Positions 18,243 through 27,893 of a stretch of 64,000 nt of DNA are shown one piece after another (position 1 is the stretch's first letter; the number at the start of each line of letters is the position of its first letter). This DNA is from Klebsiella phage phiKp_32, in the sequence record LC768500.1; one strand, written 5' to 3'. Position numbers and translations under genes: made by a program. The notes under the pieces were generated by a model. That model made no database searches, was not told the origin of the DNA, and saw only the letters and a list, made by a program, of their open reading frames with translations.

Positions 18243-19106
18243 ATGAAAACAGCAGAACAACAGTATTTGGATTTAGGGTCTCGCATTGTCGAAGAAGGTG
18301 TGTGGGTAGAAAACAAACGAACCGGCGTTCGTTGCCTAACTGTGGCCAATGAAACTCTTCATTACGACGTGGAAAATGGTTCAACTCCTGTTCTCTCCAC
18401 TCGCCCCGTCCCTTATAAAGGAGGGTTAGGGGAATTCATCGCTTACCTGCAAGGGAAAGGGAACGCTGCTGAATTCCGCGAACTGGGCTCCAACACCTGG
18501 AACTCCAATGCCAACGAGAACGAAACCTGGTTGAAAAATCCTAACCGTAAAGGCGAGGATGACATGGGTCGAGTCTATGGCGTTCAAGGTCGAGATTGGA
18601 CTAACCAATTCGGTGCTAAGTTAGACCAGCTGAAGAAAATCATCGACAATCTTAATCGAGGTATTGATGATCGCGGAGAGATTCTGACTTTCTGGAATCC
18701 CGGGGAATTTGAATATGGGTGTTTGCGTCCTTGTATGCACACGCACCAGTTTACCTTACTCGGTAATAAACTCCACCTCACCTCGGTGCAAAGAAGCTTC
18801 GATTGGGCGTTAGGCGGACCGGCAAATATGCTTCAATGTTATTTCTTCTTACAGCTGATGGCTCAGGTCACGGGACATATCGCCGGTCAGGTCACTCATC
18901 ACGTGGTCAACGCGCATATCTACGAGAACCAGCTGGAGTTGGCTAAAGAGCAACTCAAAAGAACTCCTCACCGAACAGATACTCAGTTCTGGGTTAATCC
19001 AAATATCCGCACCCTGGAAGATATCGATAAGATGACTAAGCACGACGTCAAACTTATCGGTTACTTCAGCGACTACGACCCGATCAAATATCCGTTTACG
19101 GTGTAA
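18243..19106 (+). CDS. thyA: thymidylate synthase
   Basis: Active-site region LRPCMHTHQFTLLGNKLHLTSVQRSFDWALGGPANMLQCYFFLQLMAQ aligns with ThyA [40 protein letters not shown]. Confidence 0.9.
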   Translation: MKTAEQQYLDLGSRIVEEGVWVENKRTGVRCLTVANETLHYDVENGSTPVLSTRPVPYKGGLGEFIAYLQGKGNAAEFRELGSNTWNSNANENETWLKNPNRKGEDDMGRVYGVQGRDWTNQFGAKLDQLKKIIDNLNRGIDDRGEILTFWNPGEFEYGCLRPCMHTHQFTLLGNKLHLTSVQRSFDWALGGPANMLQCYFFLQLMAQVTGHIAGQVTHHVVNAHIYENQLELAKEQLKRTPHRTDTQFWVNPNIRTLEDIDKMTKHDVKLIGYFSDYDPIKYPFTV

Positions 19107-19128
19107 CTCGCAATAAAACAAAAACTTT

Positions 19129-19158
19129 ATCCTACCTGGGAATCCCAGGTAGGATAAA
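19129..19158 (+). terminator. hairpin terminator TTATCCTACCTGGGAATCCCAGGTAGGATAA followed by a T-run
   Basis: Member of the CCTAC...GTAGG hairpin family. Confidence 0.6.
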
Positions 19159-19247
19159 TAAAGTTTATCTTTTTTGGATGACGTTGCCCTCGGCTTTACG
19201 TTTGGTAAAATGAGAGGATCCGCAGAGTCGGACGAAAGGAAATCACT

Positions 19248-20243
19248 ATGAATAGTGTGGAAACGATTTTTAACCATTTAGAATTAAAAACATACCGATC
19301 GTTGTCTTATAACGATAGTGTTAAAATGCTTTACGAAAGATTAAAAGAAAAGGTAAAGGAAGACCCTACATTTGAACTATGGGTTCCCCTTAAATTAAGA
19401 AGTCACAGGTGGTCCCAACAAGAATACGCCAAGTCCGAGTTCATCCAAACCGATTTTGTTCTAGTGAGCAACTTAGGTGGGATCTATCGAAAAGAAGGCC
19501 CCCATAAAGGAATTCGACCCCTTAATCATCAGTTACGGGGGTATAGTTCAAGATCTTTTAAAATTGAAAATATAGTGGTCCATAGTGTCTTACACAGGAT
19601 AGTCGCATCGTGCTTCGTCCCGGTTCCGGATGAATTGTTACATGTGGACTCTGACGATCTACAAGTTAATCATAAAAATGGAATTAAATCACAGAGTGAT
19701 TTTTTAAATTTGGAATGGTGTACGCATTCACAAAACATCAAACACGCCGCCGATACCGGACTTAGACATTATAGGCGAGGTTTTGAAAATAAAAACTGCA
19801 AACCTGTTCTGGGAACTGTGGTCATAGAAGGAAAATATAAAGGCTTTAAATTTATAGTCGCCGGATCTTCTGAAATGAAAGAGATGTTGGGTTCTCAAGA
19901 TTCAACAACTCACATTTATGCGGTGCTTAAAGGCACCAGGAAAGAATGTAAAGGGTGTAGTTGGAGATATGCGACATTAGAAGATATCCAAGAATTATCC
20001 GGAGTCGTCCCCCCAAGTGAACTAATCGAATTAATAAAGGAGTACAATCCGATTAAAAAGGGGATCTTTATAGGTTCAAAGGAGGGACACCCCGACTTAA
20101 TATTTAAAACTTATAAAGAAGCGGAAGAACAGGGGTTTTCACCAAAGACTATAAATAAGTGTATCGGCGGTAAACTTAAAACCTATCGTGGGTACGCCTT
20201 CCGCATTAGATCTCTCGACGATTCAAAAACACTCACTTCATGA
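19248..20243 (+). CDS. HNH homing endonuclease (free-standing)
   Basis: HRIVASCFVP...LQVNHKNGIKSQSDFLNLEWCTHSQNIKHA HNH motif; paralogous to 26260, 30733, 47006 and 62360. Confidence 0.8.
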   Translation: MNSVETIFNHLELKTYRSLSYNDSVKMLYERLKEKVKEDPTFELWVPLKLRSHRWSQQEYAKSEFIQTDFVLVSNLGGIYRKEGPHKGIRPLNHQLRGYSSRSFKIENIVVHSVLHRIVASCFVPVPDELLHVDSDDLQVNHKNGIKSQSDFLNLEWCTHSQNIKHAADTGLRHYRRGFENKNCKPVLGTVVIEGKYKGFKFIVAGSSEMKEMLGSQDSTTHIYAVLKGTRKECKGCSWRYATLEDIQELSGVVPPSELIELIKEYNPIKKGIFIGSKEGHPDLIFKTYKEAEEQGFSPKTINKCIGGKLKTYRGYAFRIRSLDDSKTLTS

Positions 20244-20610
20244 TCACATTCCCGACCGCTCTTTTTCTTGTAAAATGAGGTTCGCCAAATAGGCGAACCG
20301 CCCAATAAATTACAAGCCAGTAGCGCCAGCTGAGTTTTAAACGATAACGCATATTGTCTCGGAAGAGATTGTCACACTCTTTCCTTTCGTATAACCCCGA
20401 ACCATACATGTAATCGTGCACAGCTGCAGCCGGGAAATATTTATAGTAAGCTGGGTATAAACCCTGTAGCCAACGAGGAACACTCGCCCCGTCCGTTACC
20501 AAGCCTTTAGGGACAGTGACTTCTGGGGTCGGGTAATCTTCTCTGAACCGAAATTTATCTTCAGCTATAACGTAGTCAAGCGGGATGTCGGTAAAACTAA
20601 ATTCTTCCAT
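20233..20610 (-). CDS. DUF1353-family protein
   Basis: PKGLVTDGASVPRWLQGLY...AAAVHDYMY is typical of DUF1353. Confidence 0.55.
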   Translation of the reverse strand: MEEFSFTDIPLDYVIAEDKFRFREDYPTPEVTVPKGLVTDGASVPRWLQGLYPAYYKYFPAAAVHDYMYGSGLYERKECDNLFRDNMRYRLKLSWRYWLVIYWAVRLFGEPHFTRKRAVGNVIMK

Positions 20611-20685
20611 TTCGCTATTCTCTGAATTAGTTAGTAATAAACGATCATAGCATTTTAGACTTTCGACACATAGAAGTTTTCAGTT

Positions 20686-20712
20686 CTATATTACCTTTAT
20701 GTAAACACAACC
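20686..20712 (+). promoter_or_regulatory. copy 4 of the promoter-like motif (CTATATTACCTTTATGTAAACACAACC)
   Basis: In a divergent intergenic region, about 20 nt upstream of ORF 20733. Confidence 0.5.
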
Positions 20713-20732
20713 TATCATTAAGGAAAGGCATC

Positions 20733-21278
20733 GTGAAACTCGTTAATCAAAAAGTTTATATTGTTAAGCCAGGCGATACGCTGTCAGAGATAGCAAACCA
20801 TTTTTGCGGAACTCCTGCTATCGGATACGACATAGCCGAGGACAACGGCATTATCAACGCTGGACTTATCTACTCCGGACAAAGGATTTGGATAAGAGAG
20901 GAATTCCTAAAGGAGGAATTTCGTCATGGGGTTAAAGATGAAATTTCCATAACGCCCATTCGCAGCGGTGGATTAATAAAAATAACCGAAGACCTCGTTG
21001 TTAAAAGTTTTGCTGGGATTAACATCACAGAAGCTGATTTCTGCGGTCCAAAAACTCGCGAGCTTGGGATCTTCGAGGGTTTCTTTTACGTGGTGTCCTC
21101 AAAAGAGGAGCTGAACCGCGTCCCGGGAATCATTGCGGTTAACAACAAAGGATCTTATTTCTTTCTGGCATTGGATGACGCCGGCCGCGTAGCGTCGTTT
21201 TATCCAGCTGAACGATTTGACATGGGGTTTATGGTTAGTGTAAAGGGCGCTTTACAATTATTGAAGACATTACCCTAA
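20733..21278 (+). CDS. LysM domain protein
   Basis: YIVKPGDTLSEIANHF....IAEDNGI.NAGLIYSGQRIWI LysM signature; GTG start. Confidence 0.65.
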   Translation: MKLVNQKVYIVKPGDTLSEIANHFCGTPAIGYDIAEDNGIINAGLIYSGQRIWIREEFLKEEFRHGVKDEISITPIRSGGLIKITEDLVVKSFAGINITEADFCGPKTRELGIFEGFFYVVSSKEELNRVPGIIAVNNKGSYFFLALDDAGRVASFYPAERFDMGFMVSVKGALQLLKTLP

Positions 21279-21324
21279 TTAACCATAAGAAATAACATCA
21301 AGATAAAATCCAACTGAGGACTGC

Positions 21325-21735
21325 ATGAAAAAGATTGTTTTATATTTATTCCCTCGATCTTCGCTCATCCCACCCATGAGCGTTCCGCATGTTCGTAAGG
21401 CCGACCTCCTAAAAGAGTTGGAAGATGTTGACGGATGGATCTCGGATATACAAGAGATCGCGGAGCTCGGTATCGAGGTTCGACAGCACGAATTCCTGAT
21501 TACCGATGACGGATTTAACGTTATCGCCAAAGAGTGGGAAGTTCACTTTAACGATCCCGACATTTATAGCATGCTCGAAGTATACGGGCTTCCAAAGAAT
21601 GTACGGGATAAAATTATCATCGGACTGAAAGAAATTAAGGAATTATTTACGTCGAGGGTTTGTTCGTTCCTCTCGGTGATTCCTGAAGAAACGATGGTTT
21701 TAATCGAAGCTCAACCCGTCGAAGAAGACGAATAA
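21325..21735 (+). CDS. hypothetical acidic protein
   Basis: 136-aa ORF. Confidence 0.45.
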   Translation: MKKIVLYLFPRSSLIPPMSVPHVRKADLLKELEDVDGWISDIQEIAELGIEVRQHEFLITDDGFNVIAKEWEVHFNDPDIYSMLEVYGLPKNVRDKIIIGLKEIKELFTSRVCSFLSVIPEETMVLIEAQPVEEDE

Positions 21736-21752
21736 CTTTAGGATTTAACATC

Positions 21753-22130
21753 ATGTATGAGGTTACTGTTTACCATTGCTCCAGACAAGAACTGGAAAAG
21801 AAAGATCAGGATTTCTTCGAAGACCTGACCAAGAACGAAGGTTGGGTAGAAGACATTGAAGATATTGAAATGGCGCTGGGTTCCAGGGAGGATTGCATTG
21901 AAGGTCAAGAATTCAGATTACCCGTCTCTGCTTTAGATATCCTGGAAATGAAATGGGAGGGGCGTTTTGACTCTGGCATTTGCATGTGTTCCGCCATTTA
22001 CTATTTCTCGCCTGAATGCATTGAATCCGTATGTCGCGATCTTTCCGATCATGGTACTCGGGAGGCCGCTCTCTTAGCAGAGTACCTGCAGGGCATCCCC
22101 GATACCGAAATTGTCGTTATCGAAATCTAA
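21753..22130 (+). CDS. hypothetical acidic protein
   Basis: Preceded by tttaggatttaacatcATG. Confidence 0.5.
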   Translation: MYEVTVYHCSRQELEKKDQDFFEDLTKNEGWVEDIEDIEMALGSREDCIEGQEFRLPVSALDILEMKWEGRFDSGICMCSAIYYFSPECIESVCRDLSDHGTREAALLAEYLQGIPDTEIVVIEI

Positions 22131-22194
22131 TTGCTGTGTAGTTGTGGTAGTTCTTTTGGGGGCCTTCGGGCCCTCCTTTTTTAAGGAAAGTGAA

Positions 22195-22635
22195 ATGCGG
22201 GAAGACAGAAATATTTATCGTAACACAGCTTATATCAACGATCGATATGAGAGGATAGACGACGCAATAGAAGTAACACTATTTTCTTTTTCGACGTTTG
22301 AAATAGAGCAGGAAATCGTGTTTGAGTGGGTCAAGAAGAATCCTGCTATCAAGCTCGAACTTTATCGAGGTCTGAGTGATAAAGATTCACCAGTAAATAT
22401 CTGCGGGTCCGTTACTAATATAAGGATCAACCCCCTAGATTTCAAAGTCACCGGTACGCTTCGACCCGAAGGAAGAATGCGCAAAATACTGGCGGATACC
22501 ATCGATCGGTATCAGCCCGTTACCATTAACATGCGAGGGATATTTGATTTTAGACATTCCGTTTATCGTTGTACTGAAATCAAAGGCCTGGTGTTAATGT
22601 CTGACTTTAGCGCCTATCGTAAAAGGAGTATTTAA
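22195..22635 (+). CDS. hypothetical protein
   Basis: Internal start at aaggaaagtgaaATG. Confidence 0.45.
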   Translation: MREDRNIYRNTAYINDRYERIDDAIEVTLFSFSTFEIEQEIVFEWVKKNPAIKLELYRGLSDKDSPVNICGSVTNIRINPLDFKVTGTLRPEGRMRKILADTIDRYQPVTINMRGIFDFRHSVYRCTEIKGLVLMSDFSAYRKRSI

Positions 22636-22723
22636 CTTCCATAATTTTTTAAATCGATATTATTTAAGTGTCTCAAACAAAAACTTTTTAGGTTGTTTTA
22701 ACATCACTTAGGAGTACGCCCGT

Positions 22724-23098
22724 ATGCGTTATCAACATTTTTCTATCGCCTCTTCCAAAGAAGCATTTTCCATTCGTCTTTCTTACATCCTGCAACATCT
22801 GAACAAAACAGAAACTCAGCGCTCCATCGCGGAGTATTGTGGGGTGAGTACGAGCACCATCTCCGCCATCTGCAACGAGCACGTCCAGTACGTATCCCTC
22901 AATACGCTGATGAAAATCGCGGATAAACTGAAACTTAACTACGAGGTTGTCTTTAAAGGCAATCGCGGTAAAGTGAGTAACTTTGTTACCGTTGAATCCG
23001 CCGTGGATTACATGAAGCTCGGCAAGTTGAACCCCGTTCGTAAAAATGTGATGAAGGGTAACTCCCCCGCATTTAAAGGACGGGTGGCGACGCATTAA
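22724..23098 (+). CDS. HTH (Xre/CI-like) DNA-binding protein
   Basis: QRSIAEYCGVSTSTISAICNE helix-turn-helix; ttaggagtacgcccgtATG; the antisense ORF 22688..23095 was rejected. Confidence 0.5.
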   Translation: MRYQHFSIASSKEAFSIRLSYILQHLNKTETQRSIAEYCGVSTSTISAICNEHVQYVSLNTLMKIADKLKLNYEVVFKGNRGKVSNFVTVESAVDYMKLGKLNPVRKNVMKGNSPAFKGRVATH

Positions 23099-23159
23099 TC
23101 ATGGTGGGAGTCCGCAAGGGCTCCCACGCTATTTATTAATTTATTTTTTAGGATAAAAC

Positions 23160-23717
23160 ATGACCATTATCGTAGGGGTTGTAAAAGAAAAATCGTTAAG
23201 TGCGGACCGTTATATACTGGATTACAAGCAGATCAACAAAACAGTATCTTCGGTTTCACGCTACACCGAGAGTAAACTAAAAATATCTCCGGACAATCAT
23301 TTTTGTTATGTCTTCTGTGGCGAACAAAAAGAAGAGATTGTTCCATTGGTTCTTAACTATTTACTCAGATTCGAAAAAGGTCTGGTAAAGGAAGACGAAT
23401 TTATTCATTGCGGACTTAAATCCTGCGACTCCCTCATTGTGATGTCCGCGAGACATTTTTACTCAATTCAGTTAAATGAAAAACAGGGTGTTTTAGAAGT
23501 TCAAATTCGTTTAGATGGCGCAGTCACCTATCCTTTTTTAAACAACCATATGGTCGCCGGTCTCGATCTCCCAGGGGAAGTAATTCGTCAAGCACTGATG
23601 GAAGCCAATTTCATTCTCCACACCGATGAAAATGAAGTTGACGTGGTCCATCAAAAAGACCTCACTCTTATTAAGAAAGCCACCAAAAAGGAAATTAAAA
23701 ATGCTCTTTTATCTTAA
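23160..23717 (+). CDS. hypothetical protein
   Basis: Preceded by ttttttaggataaaacATG. Confidence 0.5.
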   Translation: MTIIVGVVKEKSLSADRYILDYKQINKTVSSVSRYTESKLKISPDNHFCYVFCGEQKEEIVPLVLNYLLRFEKGLVKEDEFIHCGLKSCDSLIVMSARHFYSIQLNEKQGVLEVQIRLDGAVTYPFLNNHMVAGLDLPGEVIRQALMEANFILHTDENEVDVVHQKDLTLIKKATKKEIKNALLS

Positions 23718-24159
23718 CAAGCGGGTTATCGTTGACAGCGTAGCAAACGTCTTTATGTTAGCGGACGATACTCCTCACGTCGAGTTCTTATTGGATGGTG
23801 ACAAACGATGGGCTTTCATTCCCTATCATGAAAATAACGACAATACGTTATCCGCAGCCATCTCGGTGAATGAACACGGTGTTTGTTATAATGCGTATTT
23901 CAACTATAAAACGTTAAGTCTCGATCGTCGTATTCCGTTACCCTCTAATTTGTTAAAAGCCTTTCAAACAGGGGGAGACTCCGACTACTGTAACAACATG
24001 CACGTCGCTAAGGCCGCTTTCTATTACCATAACTGCACCTTTGACGAATTCCAAGCGCTGCTAAACAAATCAGGTCGGGGGTACAAAATGTTTGATTTAT
24101 TAACAGTCTCTAAAAGACTTAAGGCGATGCAACCGGAACAATTTAACTGGGTTATTTAA
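23701..24159 (+). CDS. hypothetical protein
   Basis: An in-frame ATG overlapping the end of the upstream gene is more likely than the annotated 23626. Confidence 0.45.
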   Translation: MLFYLNKRVIVDSVANVFMLADDTPHVEFLLDGDKRWAFIPYHENNDNTLSAAISVNEHGVCYNAYFNYKTLSLDRRIPLPSNLLKAFQTGGDSDYCNNMHVAKAAFYYHNCTFDEFQALLNKSGRGYKMFDLLTVSKRLKAMQPEQFNWVI

Positions 24160-24249
24160 AACCAAGATTCCTATTATACGTTAAAGAATTTTGGATCTAT
24201 ATCACCGTCTTGATGCACTAACCATAATCTTTTTAGGAGTATTAACATC

Positions 24250-25827
24250 GTGAACGTTCGTGGCGTAAAAGTAAAAGCAGAAACCCGTCAAATTATTGAT
24301 AACACCGTAGAGCTCGTTGCAACCGCGGTAACCTCGACCATGGGCCCTAACGGCAAGCTGGTTGTTATTGACGAAACGGGTAATCCTAAAATGACCAAGG
24401 ATGGGGTGACGGTAGCGCGCTCTATCCGTTTGGATGATCGCGCAATGGACATCATCGCCAAGATGATCACCGAAGCCTCAATCAAAACGGATGCCGAATG
24501 TGGCGATGGGACCACCACCACCGTATTCTTAACAAGAGCGTTTTATAACGCCTTTAAAGATAAACTGGATTTCATGACCAAACGCCGGGTGGAAGAGTTA
24601 ACGAAAGAAACGATCGAAATGCTCAAAGGAATGACGAAGGTTATTTCTCTTGATAGCCCAGTCCTTCACAATCTGGCGTTAACAACCAGTAATAACGATC
24701 TGGATATCGTGAATAAGCTCTACGATATCTTTAAGACCATACCCGATCCCATGATTGATTATCGTCGGGGCGTAACAGGTATTGACGAGATCGAATACAG
24801 TAAGGGCAAGGAATTCACAGGCGGGTACGCGCACCCTACTTTCACTAAAGATGGAAGTGGAAGCCCGATTACGATCGAATCGGGTTATGCGTGCATCTTT
24901 GAAGGGAAGTTCAGTATTCCAGATGACGAGTCGGAATTCCTGAGGCTCTTCGATGAGATCACTAAAAGGGGATATCGTCAGACTATCGTTATCGCACGTG
25001 AATTCGACGAACACACCCTGATGGTGATGAACAAAATGAATCACGTTATGCTGAAGCAGAAACTGGTGGAGGAACCCGTTTTCATTCCTGTGCGGGTTCA
25101 GGCTATCGGAACAGCGGGAGTGGGGATCATTGGAGATATTGCAACCGTACTGGGGTTAAGTCCTGATGTGGACTATTTAGGTTGGAAGTCTCGTGACTAT
25201 GAGGTACACTGTATTGAAAACATTACGGTAAAGGGCGCGGCATTCTTCGTGGGTAGTGTATCTGATGAAGTCTCGGAACGCACAGTAAAGCGCATCGGGC
25301 AAATTAAAGATCAAATCGATAACTTGCCAGCTGCTCAGAAACACACGCCTTTGGCGAAGATCCTGAGACACCGTATCTCTACTCTGATGGGTAACCGAGT
25401 GACTGTAACCGTTGGAGGAGAAACCGCTTCCGACATCAAAGAACGACTGGATCGATTTGAAGACGTCGGTCGGGCTATCGCATCAGCGTTAACTAACGGC
25501 GTCCTTCCGGGCATTGGTTATTCATTGGCTTATGTTGGTAGTGAGCTGGTGAAGAAATATCCTGACGATTCTATAGTGAAACTGTACGCCGATGTATTGG
25601 GCGAGCAGCTTCACATGTTGATGGGTCGGGAATTCAATGATCCTGAATTAGTCTATGTCAATCTGGCTACTGGGGAAACCGGTAAGCATCCTCAAGACAT
25701 CAACGTCTGGGATGCGCAGTTAGCCACAGTCACTGCGTTAAGGGCCGGTGTCAGCACTGCTATCTCTTTGGCGAGCACCGATACGTTAATTATCGGTAGT
25801 CGTGCGGGTGGTGCAGATATTCCCTGA
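24250..25827 (+). CDS. groEL: phage-encoded chaperonin GroEL homolog
   Basis: AVTSTMGPNGKLVVIDETGNPKMTKDGVTVARSI and AECGDGTTTTVFL match the GroEL N-terminus (A.DGTTTATVLA); GTG start; 525 aa. Confidence 0.85.
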   Translation: MNVRGVKVKAETRQIIDNTVELVATAVTSTMGPNGKLVVIDETGNPKMTKDGVTVARSIRLDDRAMDIIAKMITEASIKTDAECGDGTTTTVFLTRAFYNAFKDKLDFMTKRRVEELTKETIEMLKGMTKVISLDSPVLHNLALTTSNNDLDIVNKLYDIFKTIPDPMIDYRRGVTGIDEIEYSKGKEFTGGYAHPTFTKDGSGSPITIESGYACIFEGKFSIPDDESEFLRLFDEITKRGYRQTIVIAREFDEHTLMVMNKMNHVMLKQKLVEEPVFIPVRVQAIGTAGVGIIGDIATVLGLSPDVDYLGWKSRDYEVHCIENITVKGAAFFVGSVSDEVSERTVKRIGQIKDQIDNLPAAQKHTPLAKILRHRISTLMGNRVTVTVGGETASDIKERLDRFEDVGRAIASALTNGVLPGIGYSLAYVGSELVKKYPDDSIVKLYADVLGEQLHMLMGREFNDPELVYVNLATGETGKHPQDINVWDAQLATVTALRAGVSTAISLASTDTLIIGSRAGGADIP

Positions 25828-25869
25828 TACATTTTAGGGGAAGGAAACTTCCCCATTGGGAGAATTTTT

Positions 25870-26127
25870 ATGGACGTTAGCACTTCGTCAATTAAAAATT
25901 CTAATAATAGACAACATAATAATTACAGCGATTCATCCTCCGCTCCGATTCAATTGGATCGTTCGGGGGAAATTATCGACACCAGAACTAAGCTAACGGT
26001 TACTGGTGAAATTCCTCTTCGAAAGTTACCTACTTTCTCAAACCCACCGCAAAGAACAATAAGAGACGATAAAAAACCTTCATCACTCTGGGGGATGGTT
26101 AGAGCTCTGTTCTTTGTATTCATGTGA
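25870..26127 (+). CDS. hypothetical protein
   Basis: 85-aa ORF followed by the hairpin at 26131-26160. Confidence 0.35.
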   Translation: MDVSTSSIKNSNNRQHNNYSDSSSAPIQLDRSGEIIDTRTKLTVTGEIPLRKLPTFSNPPQRTIRDDKKPSSLWGMVRALFFVFM

Positions 26128-26259
26128 TACTATTCCTCTACCCACGTGGGTAGAGGAATAATAACGCTTTTTTATTTTTTAAGGTTATCTCACTCATGGC
26201 TAAAATTTATTTCACTTACTCTTCTATTGTATAGTAGAAACGCTTATGGGGAAATAGAA

Positions 26260-27228
26260 ATGCCGAAAATTAGTGGCTACAAAGAACATCCGGTAATAAA
26301 AAACCTTTTCATCCATCCTACGGAAGATAATCACGTCCTGTATGTTAGGAAGAAAAAAGTATCTCGGATAAAGACCCATGTCGGTAAACGCGGATATGTG
26401 ATTTTTACTATGTGGTTAAATGGGAAATCCAAGGGTTTTCGCTTCCACAAATTGAAAGCTGAAACGTATCTCAAGAAACCCAGTTCAGACCACACCCTAG
26501 TTGTCAATCATAAGGACCATGTTAAGATCAATAACGATCTCGATAACCTAGAATGGGGGACTCAGAAAGAGGATGTCGATCATTCATTAAATATCCGTCA
26601 AAAACTTTTTCCCCTCTATCGGATAATGGATTTGACTACGGGGAGATGGTGTACGGCCGGCAGTCGTAAAGGGGTGATAGAAATGCTAGCTTGCACCCAC
26701 CGACAACTCTCTAACCATATTAAAGACCCTCGCTATCCATTGCTCTTCAAGTGGGAGGTAACAAGGAGTTCCACTTGGAATCTTTCAAAAGATGACGTGG
26801 GTAGATATAACCCACGAGAGCTTCTTCCTTATGTGGTAGAAAAGAATGGTGTCGTTTTTTACCTGGCGACATTAGCTGAAGTTGGTGAATTGACAAAGAT
26901 TACTAAATACACGATTACAGTTGGTTTAAAAAATCAGCCGGTTCTGCATGCCAAGGGATTCAGTGTTCGGTTCATTAATTCCTATGAAGAATGGATGAAA
27001 ACTGTTATTGAGAAATCTTATATTGATACCATGTTGAATAGAAGTAAAGGAAATAAAAAACAGATTGAGGTAATAAACACTCTTACGAAGGAAAAAACCA
27101 TGCTGAACGGAATTATAGAGTTAATGGAGTTGACTAATTATTCACGATCTACCATCGACCGGGCAATGAAAAGTATGCGTGAAGACGGATGGGTGACTTT
27201 CAAAAATCTAAAGATAAGGTTTATATAA
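26260..27228 (+). CDS. HNH homing endonuclease (free-standing)
   Basis: HTLVVNHKDHVKINNDLDNLEWGTQKEDVDHS HNH motif; an upstream alternative GTG at 26146 is also possible. Confidence 0.75.
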   Translation: MPKISGYKEHPVIKNLFIHPTEDNHVLYVRKKKVSRIKTHVGKRGYVIFTMWLNGKSKGFRFHKLKAETYLKKPSSDHTLVVNHKDHVKINNDLDNLEWGTQKEDVDHSLNIRQKLFPLYRIMDLTTGRWCTAGSRKGVIEMLACTHRQLSNHIKDPRYPLLFKWEVTRSSTWNLSKDDVGRYNPRELLPYVVEKNGVVFYLATLAEVGELTKITKYTITVGLKNQPVLHAKGFSVRFINSYEEWMKTVIEKSYIDTMLNRSKGNKKQIEVINTLTKEKTMLNGIIELMELTNYSRSTIDRAMKSMREDGWVTFKNLKIRFI

Positions 27229-27815
27229 TGGCTAAGGTATTTTTCACTTTCTCTTCGATGAATTCTGGGAAGACCACTGGATTGTTGCAATCGGCTTACA
27301 ATTACGTTGAAAGAGGAATGTCCGTCTTACTTCTTAAACCGAAACTCGATAATAGAGAAGGGGACGATCCGATAATTAAATCAAGAATAGGATTAGAAAG
27401 CGAGTGTGTTTTTATTCCTGATGACGGGGATGAATTAGTCGACCTCATTCATAATAATAAAGGTGTTTCGGCGATATTCATCGACGAGGTTCAGTTCGTT
27501 CCAGTGCGAGTGCTTAGCGCGATCATGGTAATGTGTGACACCATGGATATTCCTCTTCTCTGCTACGGTCTCCGTAACGCTTATGATGGTAAGGGATTCC
27601 CGGGATCTGATTTCTTATTACGTCACGCTGATAAACTGGTTGAATGCAAATCGATTTGTTGGTGTGGTAAAAAGGCGACCCACAACATGATGGTTGTCGA
27701 TGGGAAAGTGGTAAGGGAAACCACGTCAGGGGGAAATATGGTTGTCGGCGGTAATGAACTGTATCACGCCGTTTGCAGGTATCATTTCTTCGAAGGCAAA
27801 TACAAAGAAGATTAA
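27228..27815 (+). CDS. tdk: thymidine kinase
   Basis: FFTFSSMNSGKTTGLLQ P-loop, FIDEVQF, and a C-terminal CxxC...C zinc ribbon typical of type II TK. Confidence 0.85.
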   Translation: MAKVFFTFSSMNSGKTTGLLQSAYNYVERGMSVLLLKPKLDNREGDDPIIKSRIGLESECVFIPDDGDELVDLIHNNKGVSAIFIDEVQFVPVRVLSAIMVMCDTMDIPLLCYGLRNAYDGKGFPGSDFLLRHADKLVECKSICWCGKKATHNMMVVDGKVVRETTSGGNMVVGGNELYHAVCRYHFFEGKYKED

Positions 27816-27893
27816 CTTATATTTATTTTGAGATCTACATTATCATGGTGTAAGCATAGTACGTTTTTATTTTCCTTTTTAGGAGTTAACATC

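Noticed and set aside
22688-23095. Minus-strand 135-aa ORF overlapping the plus-strand HTH gene
   Set aside because: The plus-strand ORF has a canonical ttaggag-N8-ATG start and an HTH motif. The minus ORF has neither.
26146-26260. Upstream GTG start giving a 360-aa HNH protein
   Set aside because: The GTG lies inside the stem of the terminator hairpin at 26131-26160 and has no RBS. The internal ATG at about 26260, preceded by a purine-rich stretch, is more plausible.
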